In this document: positions 35,873-49,317 of the stretch, in pieces
Position numbering within the stretch: the first letter of the stretch is position 1
Layout of the letters: every line of letters starts with the position of its first letter
Assembly (NCBI GenBank): GCA_030390025.1
Contig: CM059425.1
Span: 20,212,001-20,276,000 of the forward strand
DNA length: 64,000 nucleotides
Direction of reading: 5' to 3'
DNA from: Squalus acanthias
Taxonomy: Eukaryota
Made by a program: the position numbers and the translations under genes
Notes under the pieces: model-generated
The model's database searches: none
Told to the model about the DNA's origin: nothing
The model's input: the letters and a program-made list of their open reading frames with translations, nothing else

Positions 35873-37332
35873 AGGTATTCTATCTTTCATTCGTAGAATA
35901 CAACGCAGAATTGTATTGATTGAAATTTTTTTTTTAAATGTTGAAGGTCGTGAAGGTTATATGTAGATTTGCCACTTGCCGTTTTCTCAACGCAGTTTCT
36001 AAGTTGAAGCGCACAAACGAATTAACTGCTCGCGTGCTCATTTATTATTCAGTACAATCAGTGCATCATTCTTACAGTGAAGAGCTCCTCAGTTTAAATA
36101 TAGCTGCAGAGTAATGTAAACACAGCAGCTTCCAAACATTGTAGTATTTACAACATTTGCCAGTTCCTCAGTTTCTTTCACATAGTTACTGCGGTGAGCT
36201 TGTTCTGAGCCGCTAATGTCTTTGACATAGTTTTGTCTATTGCCTGTTAAAACTATAAATAATAAAAGGCACATTTCAATCTCCTGGAAAAATTCTTTTG
36301 TAATTATCTCCCTTTGATCACATTGGCCTTGTTTTAAGTAGGTTGCTCTCTGGGAAACCTTAGAGCGACCACGGCAGTTGGACCCGAAAGATCTATAATT
36401 TTGGAGAACACTGTCTACTCCAGGGGGCGAACTAGTAAATTTCAAACACTTCCCAAAGGATCAAAGACGACAAGGAGACCTTACTTTTCATTCTAAGGGT
36501 GCAGGCAGTGTGAGACCAGGATGCTTATGAAGAATTAAATCATTTCATATTACACAGGAAAAAAAGTCAGAATATTAGATTTTACAATCGGGAGTGGGAG
36601 GGTGGAGGATGATGAAGATGTGGCAGAAGGGAAGGATAAAGAGCTCCATTGTATTAGTGATGAGGAGATTTTAACCCAATGCCTCATCTAGGTTGAAGAT
36701 TTGGGTGAATACTGAGGAAAAATATCAAAAGGCTCCAGTAAATTAACAGGTTAAATGCTCGCTTTGGGTGAATCTTATGTATATCGAGCACATTTTAGAG
36801 ACGACATAAGCTGCAGGTCTTGTCTTTAATTTGTGTCTTTAAACGAAATTATTGAAATTCAGGTCAATTTTATTTCAGTGCCTTATTTTACTGAAAACAG
36901 TAAAGTTAAAATTGATTTAATTTTTAAAAAGAAAATACAATCTGAAAGAGTACTGGATTTGACGTGTTGCCGCGTAATTTCCTCCATTTGCTCATGTTAG
37001 CAACAAATGGAGCAAAAGTGGGAAGACCCACTTTTTATACTCGAGGCTAACTTTCCGCTAATAGTAAAGCACCCCCTATCCCGCGTGTTGTATCTGCAGC
37101 TGCTATAATATCGCACTTAGTGGGGTGGCAGGACCGCCTCTTCCTGGCATGTGGGTCTTTTCACAGCTGGTGGACTCCCCAGAGTAAAGGTACCAGGCCT
37201 TCCTGGTGGCAGGACTCAGCCACTCCGGCTAGATTACACTCTAACCGTGGCCACTGGTTTACACTGAATGAACCACTTAGATGTTCCGATTGCCGTTATT
37301 TTCAAGCCGACGGTGATTTGTTTTTTTTTTGT

Positions 37333-37445
37333 ATAGCGTAGCATTTACAGCACAGAAACCGGCCATTCGGCCCAACAGGTCCATGCCGGTGCTTATGCTC
37401 CACACGAGCCTCCTCCCACCCTACTTCACCTCACCCTATCAACAA
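37333..37445 (-). mobile_element. CR1-type 3' tail
   Basis: tacagcacagaaaccggccattcggcccaac...cacacgagcctcctcccaccctacttc. Confidence 0.8.
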
Positions 37446-37564
37446 ATGATGGGATGGAGACGGCATTAGTCAAGCCAATTTTATTCTGTTTTGATTGAAC
37501 GGGTTGCCGCTGGAGTTTCAACAACACCCATCGGAAAATGTAGGCTGATTATTTTTTTTTTTGA

Positions 37565-37740
37565 TTATCGTTTGTTCTTGGGATGTGGGTGAGGCCACAT
37601 TTCTTGCCCATCCCTAGCTGCCTTGAAAGAAAGAAAGACTTGCATTTATACAGTGCCTTGTAGGCCAGACCAGGTAGGGGGTGGCTCATTGCCATCCCAG
37701 AATGTCATTAGGGAACCAGTTGGGGGATTAAATCCCATTT
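37565..37740 (-). mobile_element. Third-family SINE fragment with nested SacSINE1-like tail
   Basis: gggatgtgggtgaggcc...tgcccatccctag [aaagaaagacttgcatttataca] taggccagaccaggtagg...cattagggaaccagttggg. Confidence 0.7.
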
Positions 37741-39417
37741 TTAACCACCTGTGATTCCTGGATTTTTCCAAGAAATCGGAAAGCCAGCGTGGCCGCGATC
37801 AGTCACTAAGCTAAGTGTGGAGTTATGTGGCATTAATTTGCCACCTTTTTTTTTTAACATCATTGTCCCAGATGCTAATTCAAAAAAAAACTGGACGTTG
37901 AGTGATCATTTTCTGGACCACATTCATAGCCAGGTGTAACTGTGAGAGACTGCAGAAACTGGAGCAGTGTCCCTGACACTCTCTTTAGCTTGGGCTCCAT
38001 GAAACCGGCATCCGTGAGGCGAATCCTGGTGTTTTACACTGCCCGACCTGGCCACTCTTCCCCCAGTGGAAGACCTGTAGACCCCAGGACAAACTAGGCC
38101 TGGGATTCTGGGATACGGGAGCCGGAGTGAGGAGTGTAAAATGGGGGAGGTCGACTCAGCGACGCCGGAATCCGAACTAAACAAGCGCCGGAGTCAAAGT
38201 GGAGAAGGACCAACGTGTCGAAGGGACTTGCCGTCTACCAATTACCCAGTCGTTATCTAAAGAGTTGGAGCCTCACTCGATGGAAGGTTGGGCCAGAGAC
38301 AGAGGGCTGGTGTGGCCCCCTGCGCTCCTGCCCAGCGCAGCTCCATGCCGGGCTCCTCACCTCCCAATATCATCCCGATAATGAAAGCAAGTTATAGATT
38401 GGCAAATCTGATGGGGTTTTAAAAAAAATAAAAACAGAGAATGCTGCCAGTGCAGAACTGGTCAGTCAGCATCGGGAAAGAGAAAAGACTAATTAGTGTT
38501 CCAGGCGGACATTTTTCCCTTAGGAAAACATTTTAGAAAAGATTATAGATACAGTATCACTCAATCAGTGTTTGCACTGTACCATTACTGGGACACTTAC
38601 GGGCCAAGTTAATGTACATTTTAAAAAAAGGAGCACTGAGGGAATTATCAGCAGAACAGTCTTCCACAGGACTCTTTCCGTCCTTCCCTCCTTTTCTTTC
38701 TTCCTTCTCTGCCTTCCTTCCTTCATTTTCTCCTCCCCCTCCCTCCTTCCTTCCTTCATTCCCTCCCTCCTTTTTTCCTTCCGACGGGTTGCGGGCAGGG
38801 GGGGCGCGGGCAGGCATTAGTGGATTGGCCGCCGGTTATAGACTCTGCCCGCTTTTGCTTTCCAGTGAAATAAATATAGAGGGTGTGGCCCGAGTGGCCC
38901 ATCCGATACTGCCCGTTTTGCCCGCCTGTCCAAGTTGAATTTCACCCCCGGTTAATTTGACTTCAGTTGGATTGTGCAGCACTAATCTTTCTGGAGTTTT
39001 ATAGAGAAACCACTGGAAATGTCACAAGCCCATGCAGCTCTCAGTCTGCAGAACTTGTCTGCTGGTTGTTTTTACTGGATGAAGATCATTTACTAGTCTG
39101 GGCTTGTGTGATCAGTGTTAGTACAATCCCCCTGAGGGCTATTGAAGTATTATGAGGTTTATATAAAACCCGGTTTGTTTTTAATGGAAAGTCCGCAGAT
39201 ATTAAAATGTTGTTACTGAACCTGCCAAGATTAGAAAATTGCAAGTTGAGTTGAGGGATTTCAGATTATTACCATTTATTTGCCAGTATCGTGAGGTTTT
39301 GTTAGCATGGTATTCAGGAAATGAGTTCAAATATTTTGAATCTGCCAGTGAAATGGGGAATGTTGGCGGGTATTTGTTCTGGAGTGTACCCTGTATGTGG
39401 AATCTCAGGGGTCGCAC

Positions 39418-39683
39418 TAAAAGAAAGACTTGCATTTATATAGCGCCTTTCACGACCACCGGATGTCTCGAAGCGCTTTACAGCCAATGAAGCACTTTTT
39501 GAAGTGTAGTCACTGTTGTAATGTGGGAAACGTGGCAGCCAATTTGCGCACAGCAAGCTCCCACAAACAGCAATGTGATAATGACCAGATAATCTGTTTT
39601 TTTGGTTGAGGGATAAATAACTCCCCTGCTCTTCTTCGAAATAGTGCCATGGGATCTTTTGCATCCACCTGAGAGAGCAGACG

Positions 39684-39716
<33 letters not shown>

Positions 39717-39860
39717 TACACTCCGACAGTGCAGCACTCCCTCAGCACTGTACTGGAGTGTCAGCCTAGCTTTATGTGCTCAAGTTCTCTGGAGTGGGAC
39801 TTGAACCCACAACCTTCTGACTCAGAGGCGAGTGTGCTACCCACTGAGCCACAGCTGACA
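39418..39860 (-). mobile_element. SacSINE1-like SINE, full length, young-looking
   Basis: Minus strand starts tgtcagctgtggctcagtgggtagcac (A box), gggttcaagtccc (B box), Deu body, tail aaaggcgctatataaatgcaagtctttctttt. Confidence 0.93.
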
Positions 39861-39904
39861 CTAGGAGGGTACTGGGCCTGCAGTAGTCGTGTAATTAGTG
39901 CAAC

Positions 39905-40253
39905 ATGCATGCACACACGCTCTCACACACATGCGCTCTGACACACACACGTGCTCTGACACACACGCGCTCACACACACACGCGCTCACACACACGCAC
40001 ACGCTCTCACACGTACTCTCACANNNNNNNNNNNNNNNNNNNNNNNNNNNNNNNNNNNNNNNNNNNNNNNNNNNNNNNNNNNNNNNNNNNNNNNNNNNNN
40101 NNNNNNNNNNNNNNNNNNNNNNNNNNNNNNNNNNNNNNNNNNNNNNNNNNNNNNNNNNNNNCGCTCACACACGCTCTCACACACACTTGCTCTCACACAC
40201 ACACATGCATGCTCACACACACTTGCTCTCTCACACACACACACACACACACG
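39905..40253. repeat. Degenerate (CA)n/CACGCTCT microsatellite spanning a 138-N assembly gap (40024-40161)
   Basis: Seen directly. Confidence 0.95.
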
Positions 40254-42464
40254 TTATAGCAGTATCCTTTTAGCTCCAGGGCCTAGAATCTAACTCCAGC
40301 CAAGCAGAGGGGATTATGCAGTGGCGAATTTCAAGGCATGTTTATATCAGGAAGCAATTGCCATGCCGGTGATTGCCTTGGCACAAGATGAAGCCGAGTG
40401 CTGAAACGGACACAGCCGTGGTAAATAGAAACACTAGTGATGTATGCAAATCCTCAAATCCCTTTTTTTTGCCATTTTATTCTCTTGGTTTTATGGTCAG
40501 CCTGCTCAATAGTTGAGTCTGTATCTGTGACAGTTTTTTGAGATTTGTTTGGCTTAAAACTCTTTTAGTGCCTGTGATTATTCATCCCCTTAGCCTTGAT
40601 TAGCTCCACCATGACCAACCCCGGTCTCGTTTATTCTTTACTCTGGTTCCTCGTTCATGCGCCCCAGCCCCAACGGCAACTCACTCTGTCCCTGAGCAAA
40701 GGAGCCCTCAAAATGTCGGTTGGGGGCAGGGGAGGGGGGACCACGTACAAAAAAAAAAGTTTCAAAGTCCCGAGCCCAACATTAGTGAACGAGACACTGT
40801 TTAAATCCCCCCCCCCACCCCGGTGATGTCCCAGTCTCAGCCAAGCTGTGCAGGGGAGGTGACGCAGGGTAACCGGGTGCCTCCGCCGACAGCGCAGAGG
40901 GCTGTCGAGCCCTAGGGCACCACTGGCATAGGGCTTGAGAGCACCTTCTCAGCTGCTTGACCTGAGGTGTCGGGCTGGTTGGGGAAGGGGTTTTAGTGTA
41001 GGGGGGAAAAGAAATAGAGGGATTCATAGCACGGTGCAAGTCTTCGAATCCCTGTGCTAGTTTGGAGGTCTGCAACCCCGCTCCTCCTCTTCATCTTCCA
41101 GCTTCGTTTTTGTTTAAATAGGTTATTTGGAAAGGTTCCGAATAGATACGTCGATGTTAACATGCGAACTCCTTCCCTTCCCCCCCACACCCCCCCCAAA
41201 AAAAAATGCAGAGTTGCGAATGGTTTTTATAGCATCTGTCACGGAGTAATGAACATTTTTCAAGAGCCACTTTTAAATTGTAAATTTGCAAAGGCCTTGC
41301 ACCTATTCCCATGAGTTGTGTTGCAGTGTACAAGTTTATTAACAGCGCCAAGAATTTCTTGGATCCATTCCATTTTAGGCAACAACAAAAAAAAAAGCTC
41401 CCTTGCTTTTAAATGCTAAAGTGACACTAAGCCTCAGATCTGTTACTTAAAGGTGGCTTATGAGTGTGTTTCATTTTCAGTGTGAAACCAGATTGCGAAG
41501 TAAAGGTTTCTCGAGCAGAAGTTTTTATCCTTTGATTTTTTTTTTTTATATTCCGTTCCCTCACCCACCCCACCGGCAAAAAAAAAACACCCAGCAAAGC
41601 AGAACCAAACTTATTGATTGCAGTCGTGATAAAGAGAAAACCGTACGCATCTTTTAATTCATAGCGGTTGGGATTTCACGACACAGGAGGGCTGCAGTTT
41701 GTTGTGCGCTGTTTCCTGTCTGCCCGCTGCCAGCGGTCCAGGCTCGCCCACAAAGCTTGGGTCACGCAGAAGAGGTGCTGCTGGCACCAGCAGGGACCGG
41801 GCTCCAGCGACTGATCAGTGCGTTCAGGGGCAGAATCAAGGATGGGGGGAGGGGGATTTTTTTTTTTAAACCTAGTTAGCGGAGCAACAATCCAGACGTG
41901 CCTGGGCAGAGATGAGCCCCACAGTTGGGTTTCTGTCCCCCGTTCAATTGAGCGCCATTGAGGCCGAAGTCATTCTAACTCAATGTGGCCTTTTATCTAA
42001 AATCAGCGAGAGATAACCTTAGCTGTAGTTTAAAGAGGAAGTCACCAGTAGCTGTTAGACTTTCGGAAGACATCCAAAGTCATCATTTGTGTATATAAAG
42101 AGCTGTGCCTAAATAAACACTTTCTATAAGTCTGGGGAGGCTGCATCAGAAACGCAGTATGTGAACACATGTTACTTCATTATAATATAAAAATAAATAA
42201 ACACTTGGCAAGCCCGCGCTGAAAAGGTTTTTTTTTTGTTGATCTTGCTTCCCTTGGCACGTGCGATGTTAGAAAACGGATGGTAGGAACTGTTAGGATG
42301 TGAGTGTGAACTTCTCTGACGGCACTTTCACTGTGCTCTTTCCAAGCAGCCCTTTGCCAGCACAGTGTGTGAACAGTGTCCAAAGCAAGCACAACATTCC
42401 TTCCAGTAACAGCCCATGCCGACTGACTAGCTTTTAAAAAAAGGGCTTCCTTCTGCACATGCTT

Positions 42465-42792
42465 CCGCTTTCTCTCATTATCTTTATCTCTCTTTCTCGC
42501 TCACTATTTATCGCTCTCTCTCTCTCTCATCTCTTCCTCTCACTGTCTTGCTCTCTAATTCTCTCTATCTCACTATATCTCTCTTTCTCTCACTATCTTT
42601 CTCTCATTATCTCTCTCACTATCACTCACTGTCTCTCTCCTCTCCTTCTATATCTCTCTCTCTCGCTGTCTCTCTTCCTCTCCCACTGTATCTCTCTCTT
42701 TTCACTATCTCTCCTCACTCTCTGTCTCTCTATCTCTCTCTTTCTCTCAATTTTGTTTTACCTTGCACACTACTGCTTTCTCTGTCTCTCAT
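42465..42792. repeat. (CT)n-rich low-complexity tract
   Basis: tctctctcactatc-type degenerate repeats. Confidence 0.92.
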
Positions 42793-43444
42793 GTTAACAC
42801 TTAAAACCCTAAAGGGAAGAGATTTCTTGGACACGGGTGATGACACTTGAAGTGGAGATTTTGTTTTTTTTTATTCCAATTAGGAAACTCAAATGTTGTG
42901 AAGTTTATGAAGGTGGGGATATTGTATCATGTTCATATTTCTCATACCTATGCCACATGAAAACTTTTTTGAATCACTCAGAGCCAATATAAGTTTATAA
43001 TTCTCTGTAACAATTAATTTCAGGAAGATGTCATATTTAATTTTGAATTAAAAAAAAAATTGAATGCACCAGTGATGTAATATTAACATGACCGCCTTAA
43101 GTTTAGCTTTGTCATATAAATGTCGCATTCTGGCAATTAAAATGAAGTTGCGATTACTCCAGATTTCTGAGGTGTTAGTTTGAGCTGTTGTTTAAGGTAG
43201 CGTCTCTTGTTCTGACTGTTTACCTGACAGCAATACTGCGGAGCAGCATAGGCAGCTGAGAGGCATATTGTATTCCTGCAGGCTCTAAAGAAAAGATGTA
43301 CTTAGATTTTCAAATGAAACGTGAAACTTCCGGAGCGATGTGTAGTCTGGGTATTGGCCACCTTGTGACGATTGTCTGATGAGGACAGAATTTAGGCTTG
43401 GTTTTTTTTTTCCAGTGGGCGTTAATATCTACAATATTACCGGC

Positions 43445-43560
43445 TTAGAAGCATAGAAGATAGGAGCAGGAGTAGGCCATTCGGCCCCTCGAGCCTGCTC
43501 CGCCATTCAATGAGATCATGGCTGATCATCCAAATTCAGTGCCCTGTCCCTGCTTTCTTT
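43445..43560 (-). mobile_element. CR1/HER1 3' tail
   Basis: tagaagcatagaagataggagcaggagtaggccattcggcccctcgagcctgctccgccattcaatgagatcatggctgatc. Confidence 0.88.
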
Positions 43561-43561
43561 C

Positions 43562-43856
43562 AGACGAGTCGTTAAACCGAGGCCCCCTCAGATGTGTGTA
43601 AAAGATCCCATGGCACTATTTCGAAGAAGAGCAGGGGAGTTATCCCCGGTGTCAATATTTATCCCTCAACCAACATCACTAAAACAGTTTATGTGGTCAT
43701 TACCACCTTGCTGTTTGTGGGAGCTTGCTGTGCGCAAATTGACTGCCGCGTTTCCGACAGTGATCACACTTCAGAAGTATTTAATCGGCTGTAAAGCGCT
43801 TTGGGACGTCCTGAGGTTGTGAAAGGCGCTATAGAAATGCAAGTCTTTCTTTCTTT
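43562..43856 (+). mobile_element. SacSINE1-like, 5'-truncated
   Basis: cgttaaaccgaggcccc...aaagatcccatggcactatttcgaagaagagcaggggag...atagaaatgcaagtctttcttt. Confidence 0.9.
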
Positions 43857-44037
43857 ACCAGTGCGCAGGACATGGCTGGCTATGGAAATAGCAGGCCTAG
43901 TTTTATTACTGTAAGGTGCCTTTAGAGTGGCTGCTGATGTAAAAAAGGGGGAAGTTAGGCTGCAATGTGTGTGGGGGTGATCCTCACCACTCAGTGAGCT
44001 CTTTGCCACATGGGTTTCCAAGATGTTGGTTATATGA

Positions 44038-44197
44038 GCTGGCCTCAGTGCCCCTAGGTTAAAAGAGACGGTGTGGTGGGGGGCGGGGGCGAATTGTGTG
44101 GGATCCCTGCTCCCAACCGCTGTCCAGTGACTTCTGCTGAAACCTGCGCGTGTGTCAGTGTCAGAGGGTGGGCAGGATCGAGCTCGGCTGTGATGAT
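44038..44197 (+). mobile_element. AmnSINE2-like central fragment
   Basis: tggcctcagtgcccctaggtta...ccctgctcc...cgctgtccagtgacttctgctgaaa...ggcaggatcgagctcggctgtgatg. Confidence 0.65.
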
Positions 44198-46790
44198 CTG
44201 GTCTTTTTCCTTTGAGTTTCCTTTGTGTCCTTCCGTAAAACATAGGCGTCTTCATAAATATGAGAGCATGGGGGGAGCAGCTTCCCGACTGTCTCTCTCT
44301 CTCTCGCTTGTGCGACAGACTGTCGTAAAACTAAAATGAGGTGCAAGACAGTAGCTTTCAGACTTCATCGGTGGTCTCGCTGTGAGACCCAGCCATCCTC
44401 TCCCACAGACCGAACCTGTGGACCTGGGAGGGGCTCGTGTACAGCGGGTGGGTTTCCCCCTTCATAAAGCCATCCTGGCTGGGCCCTTTTCCCGCCATCT
44501 CCACATCATTCGGAGAACGATCCTGGACTCTGCCTGCGGAAAGACAGCGAGCGCTGTGAATGCGCGCCAGCTCCGAGAAGCCTTTTCGAAATTATCGCGG
44601 GACCTGCAATTTTGAGTTAAGACGATCCCGCTTTCTGCAGTGCACTTTTGGCTAAATTCTGCCTCGTTCCAGTGTCGCGTTCTATGATTTTTATTTGATA
44701 TTTTTAACTGAATTCTGTTAACGAAATATTCCCACCGTGCGTTGTGTAAAATCCCAGGCATTTTTTCAAAACTTAATATAACTCATATAGATATTTCACC
44801 AGGGAAACCCCCCCCCCCCCCCAATAAAAAACAAACCATGGCCTCACACCGTCACGACACACAGTGACCAAAGGAATTCTTGGCCCCCTTATCATACCAA
44901 TACTTTAATATTCCCAGCTCAGTCGAGCTTTTCAAGCCCAGTCTCAGACCAGGTGCATCCCGGGTGGTGCTGTTACCACCACTTGTGGATACTGGTGAAT
45001 GCCATAAAACTGTCCCGTGGCCTGAAGTGGATGCCAAGACCCTCCCTTACTCTCCCACCATCTACCCCGCCCCCCCACCAACCCCCCCTCGCCACCCTAA
45101 CCACCACCTGATTTATCCGGTCTCCCCCTTCCACTCTCTTTTCTCCCTCGGCGGTGTCTTACACTGCAGACATTGGCCTGGGTTTCTCGGTAAAATAAAC
45201 CAGACCCGTTCCAGCTTGCGTCACCAAGTCCAGTTCGATCTCGCAATCAGTGTCTGCCGAGAAACATTGACCCTGCAAATCCAGAAAATGATTTTAAGTG
45301 CGGTCGTACAAGCGGTGGGTGCTGGAAAAATAATTTGCCACAACTTAGTAGACGTTAACCTCGGGAAATGTAAAGTGCGGGAGAATAGGATTCCTATTAC
45401 CGAGTGCACAGTATAGTTAACCCTATTGCACAAATGTCGCTTCGTGTATAGCCGATGTGAAGCTATAACCTTGGACGAGAATCATTTCCATAGCAAATGT
45501 TCTCACTTGCCCCTGCCCTTCCACCCCCAACCCATTGCCATACTCCCAACTGTAAGAGGCCTGTGAATAGACATTCTGAGACTAAGCATTAGAAACCATC
45601 GACTTTGCTCTTGGCTGCGACTTTGAAAGCCGAGGCTAGGTTTAAAATATTAAAAGACTTTGACTGAGTAGGTGAGTCTTGTCATCTTCCTGTCTGTGTG
45701 AAAGGCCCCGGCTGCTGCCTAGTTGCAGCTTTTAACGTTTTTATTATTATTTTGTTTCGGTTTCGCGTTATTAATTTCCTCTGCCGCCAAAAATAAAATG
45801 TGGTGCCTGCAGGCTGCCCTTTTGCTGCCTGTGGGTGAATCCAGTCACACCATTTATTACACCTTTAATGCATTCCCCCCCCAATCCAGCTCAACTCTGG
45901 GGCTGCAAATTTAGCTTTGTGGTACTGCTTGGGGCTTAGCGAAATAGCACGCACGCTGAACCGATACTGTTTCTTTAGCTGTTTCAACAGGGTAGGCTGA
46001 AAAAAAATTAAAATCTTCCGAGCTCCATTCATTCTCCATAGAAGTAGCAGCAGGTTTTTGGATTAATACATCACACTGGGGGATTTTAAAATTCTATCTT
46101 CCACACCGCAGTCACCCACTTTACATTCTAGCTCTGCCTTATTCAAATAAGGTGTGATTGAGTTTTCTGTTTGACGCTGCTTCTGTGTATCAGAGTTGTC
46201 TTGCAGGGAATAGGAATGAGTCTTGCGCCTAAACTCACCTTTGATTGCCCGCCCCTTGCCGCCTGAGTCTCTCAATGGTCGGCGGACGAGTGAAGCTAAG
46301 ACTGCTGGGATTTGTCAGACCGGCGACCGCAAAAACCCGCCCTTTCCCCTCCCCCCCCCCCCCCCCCCCCGCCGAGTCTTGTCACCTGCCACCAGTATAA
46401 TCACATCTGGTAACCGGTAGCTACGAGACCTAGGCGTGGCTCCCCTCAGTGACGGCACCTCGTGCCTCCATCATTTCCCTGTGCGGTGTGTGTTTTGCGT
46501 GTCGCAGCGTCCCTTCTCCACGACATCAGGGCGGAGTTGGGTTGTGCACTCGGCAGTGGCCGGTTTGCCGCGGCCACTCCGCGCACGCTTTGCTCTTTCG
46601 GCCAACAGCGCACTCCTGCCTGTGATGTAAAAGGCCCTTAAAGTAACGGGGGTGGGCGGTCATTTTCTACTTGGGCCGCCTGGGCATTAACCTGGCCGAA
46701 CGGACCGCCCGTCCAGTGTAGAACCCGCCCAGTCTCCACCCCACAATGGGCCAGCTTCTTCCGTGGGTGGGGGAATCCGCTCCACTAGAT

Positions 46791-46860
46791 CAGTGGTTCT
46801 CAAACTTTTTTGGTTCAAGGACCCCTTTTCAAATGGATTAGTAATCACCGACCCCCCCCA
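46791..46860 (+). mobile_element. hAT-Charlie/MER5-type left terminus
   Basis: cagtggttctcaaactttt (classic Charlie TIR) preceded by cactagat, close to the NTCTAGAN target preference; right end not found. Confidence 0.65.
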
Positions 46861-46865
46861 TCATC

Positions 46866-46978
46866 TAAATTAAAGAGCGGGGGAGTGGGACTAGTTGGAT
46901 AACTCTACCAAAGAGCCGGCACAGGCACGAGGGGCTGAATGGCCTCCTTCTGTGTTGTATCATTCTATGATTCTGTGA
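46866..46978 (+). mobile_element. CR1/HER1 3' tail
   Basis: ggggagtgggactagttggat...gagccggcacaggcacgaggggctgaatggcctccttctgtgttgtatcattctatgattctgtg. Confidence 0.85.
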
Positions 46979-47814
46979 TAATAGAGGTACTTGCCATGCC
47001 TTCTTGGTTGCGGGCTTGAAAGGGTTAATGGTTGACCTTTGCTCTCTCTTTACAAGGTATGTTTCCAGTTTATTTGGAGAGAGGGGCGGAACCAATAAAA
47101 GCAGCGCTGCCTTTTCTTTTAGGAGGCTGCTGCGACCTACAGAGTTTAGGGTGACAGAACCGTTTGGATCTACAGTCGTGTTGGTAGGATGCCGTCTACG
47201 GGTTCAGTGGGGTGGGGGGGGGGGCAAAGTATCTAGGTCAGCCAGAAGGCAACACTGCAAGTCTGGTAGGAAGTTACAGCTGAAAGCCTTCAGTGCGCGA
47301 GTGTTACACAAAGGAGTGGCAAGGCAAATGAATAACAAGGTTGTCCAGATAAGGTGGACATGACCTTTCTCGCAAGCCTTTATTTCAACGAACTAGCCAT
47401 GTGTTCCTCAGAGTCGTACAAATTCGCAAGGAGGAAACCTGGAGACATTTTAGCACCATTTAGCGGGCCGTTGCTTTAATGATGCAGTTGACCTCTTTCA
47501 CCTCAGCTAAGTGGCTGCTTTAACATGATTGCTCAGAAAAGGTAGAAGTCAAATTAACATGAGAAGAACTGAGCTGGAGTGAAATGATCTGCCGGCGAGG
47601 TTTACACGAGAGACCCCCTTTTTGTTGGCCTTTGGGATGGCCACTGTCACAGAAACACTGCAGTTGCACAGCTTTCGAATGCACGTCTTTCTCTGTATCT
47701 GCCACAAACAAGCAAGGAGAGGTGTAGAAAGAGGCAGTTTCCCAGAGAAGGTGATGAGGGTGGACACAAGTGGCTAGTGTCACTTCTACATCACTCTCTC
47801 GATGGACTGGCGGT

Positions 47815-47900
47815 AATAACAACAACAACTTGTCTTGATAATAGCGCCTTTAACGTAGTAAAATGTCCCAAGGCGCTTCACAGGAGCGTAATCAAACAAA
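47815..47900 (-). mobile_element. L2 3' terminus
   Basis: (aac)n ttg...atagcgcctttaacgtagtaaaatgtcccaaggcgcttcacaggagcg. Confidence 0.85.
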
Positions 47901-47996
47901 GCTTAAGAGGGGATCAGAATTTCCTTGCTCCATTGCTGTAAGTTCAGATAGCGGAACCCTAGGCCTAAGCTCCCCAGCCTAGATTGAAGGTCAATA

Positions 47997-48239
47997 AGTT
48001 TGCATATCACTTAGATAGGCAGTCTGATCAAGAGAGGGTTTTGGATTTGGCAGAGGGTCCAGAGAGGGCACCTTTCCCTCCCCCGCCCCCCATTTTCTAT
48101 TCTTCTCCGCCCCCCCCCCACCCCATCCGAGGCCACCCCTTGAAGAAATACGAGCATTAAAGTGCAGTAGTAGCCAAGGTTTGGGGCAGAAGGTAACCAC
48201 AGAGCCTGTATATCCGGACAGCACTCTGCATACTAAGCT
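47997..48239 (+). repeat. Copy 1 of an unclassified ~220-240-bp direct repeat
   Basis: Colinear with 53237-53458, e.g. ttggcagagggtccagagagggcacct identical. Confidence 0.9.
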
Positions 48240-49121
48240 TAGGCAAGACACATCAAGGGGTTTATTCCATGCTACTGCACCCCTGGCAGGAAGTGGTGCT
48301 TGAAAGGGAGGGTGTGAGTTAGCGACGGGGCTACAATATTGTGGTCCCAATTCTCTGACCCGAGCTACCTGTGAGTACAGCTCCAGACTAGAAGCGACGA
48401 AATCAGTGAATTATCCCCGCAACTCCACCCCTCCCATAAAATATTAACTTGCACAGATAAGGCGAGCCTGTAATATTACTTCGAGTCAGGCCAGAGCAAG
48501 TCAATTTAAATTGAAAAGTAAGTTTAAAATAGATATTGGGATTTTTTTTTTTAAACTTGCAATGTTTGGAATAATATGAGGTACGGTAGCAGAATTAGAC
48601 ATCAGAGGTGTTAAAAATGTGGTTGCACAGCAGATTTGATAAGCTGGAGTACCGGACAAATGGTCGAGATAGGCTTATCCTTACCTCTTTGTGTGCTGAA
48701 ACCAGGCCGCTCTCTCCGATTGGCTGTTCGTTGTGCCAGACTGGGATGTGGTAATTGTCACATTCTTGCCAATCTCACATGGCAGGCCCGCATCAGTCAG
48801 TATGTAGTGATAGTCTGATAAATTCATGGCAACAAAACCAATCTCATTCAGGGCATCATGACTCTGGGCTCTGTTGCTGACAGCAGCAACCACTGGGTTT
48901 GGATATGCCGCTGTTTTTAATAAGTGAGCGGCGGATCTGAATCTGAGGTCCTGCTCGCAACGAAGCTCGAATATCCTTTTTGAATTGGACTCAAAACTCT
49001 CAACTCCCTATTTGCAAAGTTTATCGTAAGGATCTACACACTAAGTGACTCCCTAATAACTTTTAAGATTCTGTAGTGTAGGACTTTTCACCACACACCC
49101 CCTGCCAAATGTTCTGTTCCT

Positions 49122-49147
49122 CCCCCCCCCCCCCCCCCCCCCCCCCC
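49122..49147. repeat. C26 homopolymer
   Basis: Seen directly; many shorter poly-C/G runs occur across the window. Confidence 0.95.
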
Positions 49148-49317
49148 GCAATGTGACTAGACAGCGAGTATCAACAGACTATTTGATTGTCCATGTCGAT
49201 CCTATCAAATCTCGATAACCACATGTGGACTTTTCAACACGGCTCACTGGACAGTGATCAGGAGTTGCAACCATTGCCCGTTTTAAACCCTTTTCCCTCA
49301 GGTGCTTATTTTACAAA

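Noticed and set aside
39780-39860. tRNA genes (also 6720-6790, 11674-11740, 33896-33965)
   Set aside because: These are tRNA-derived SINE heads continuous with SINE bodies; no complete cloverleaf.
40024-40161. N run
   Set aside because: Assembly gap within a microsatellite, not biology; ORFs across it are artefacts.
42459-42850. Leu/Ser-rich 'membrane protein' ORFs (also 38557-38938)
   Set aside because: Translations of CT-rich simple repeats.
44880-45416. 178-aa ORF and the other 100-160-aa intronic ORFs
   Set aside because: No domain similarity or splice-consistent structure; frequency is as expected by chance with alternative start codons allowed.
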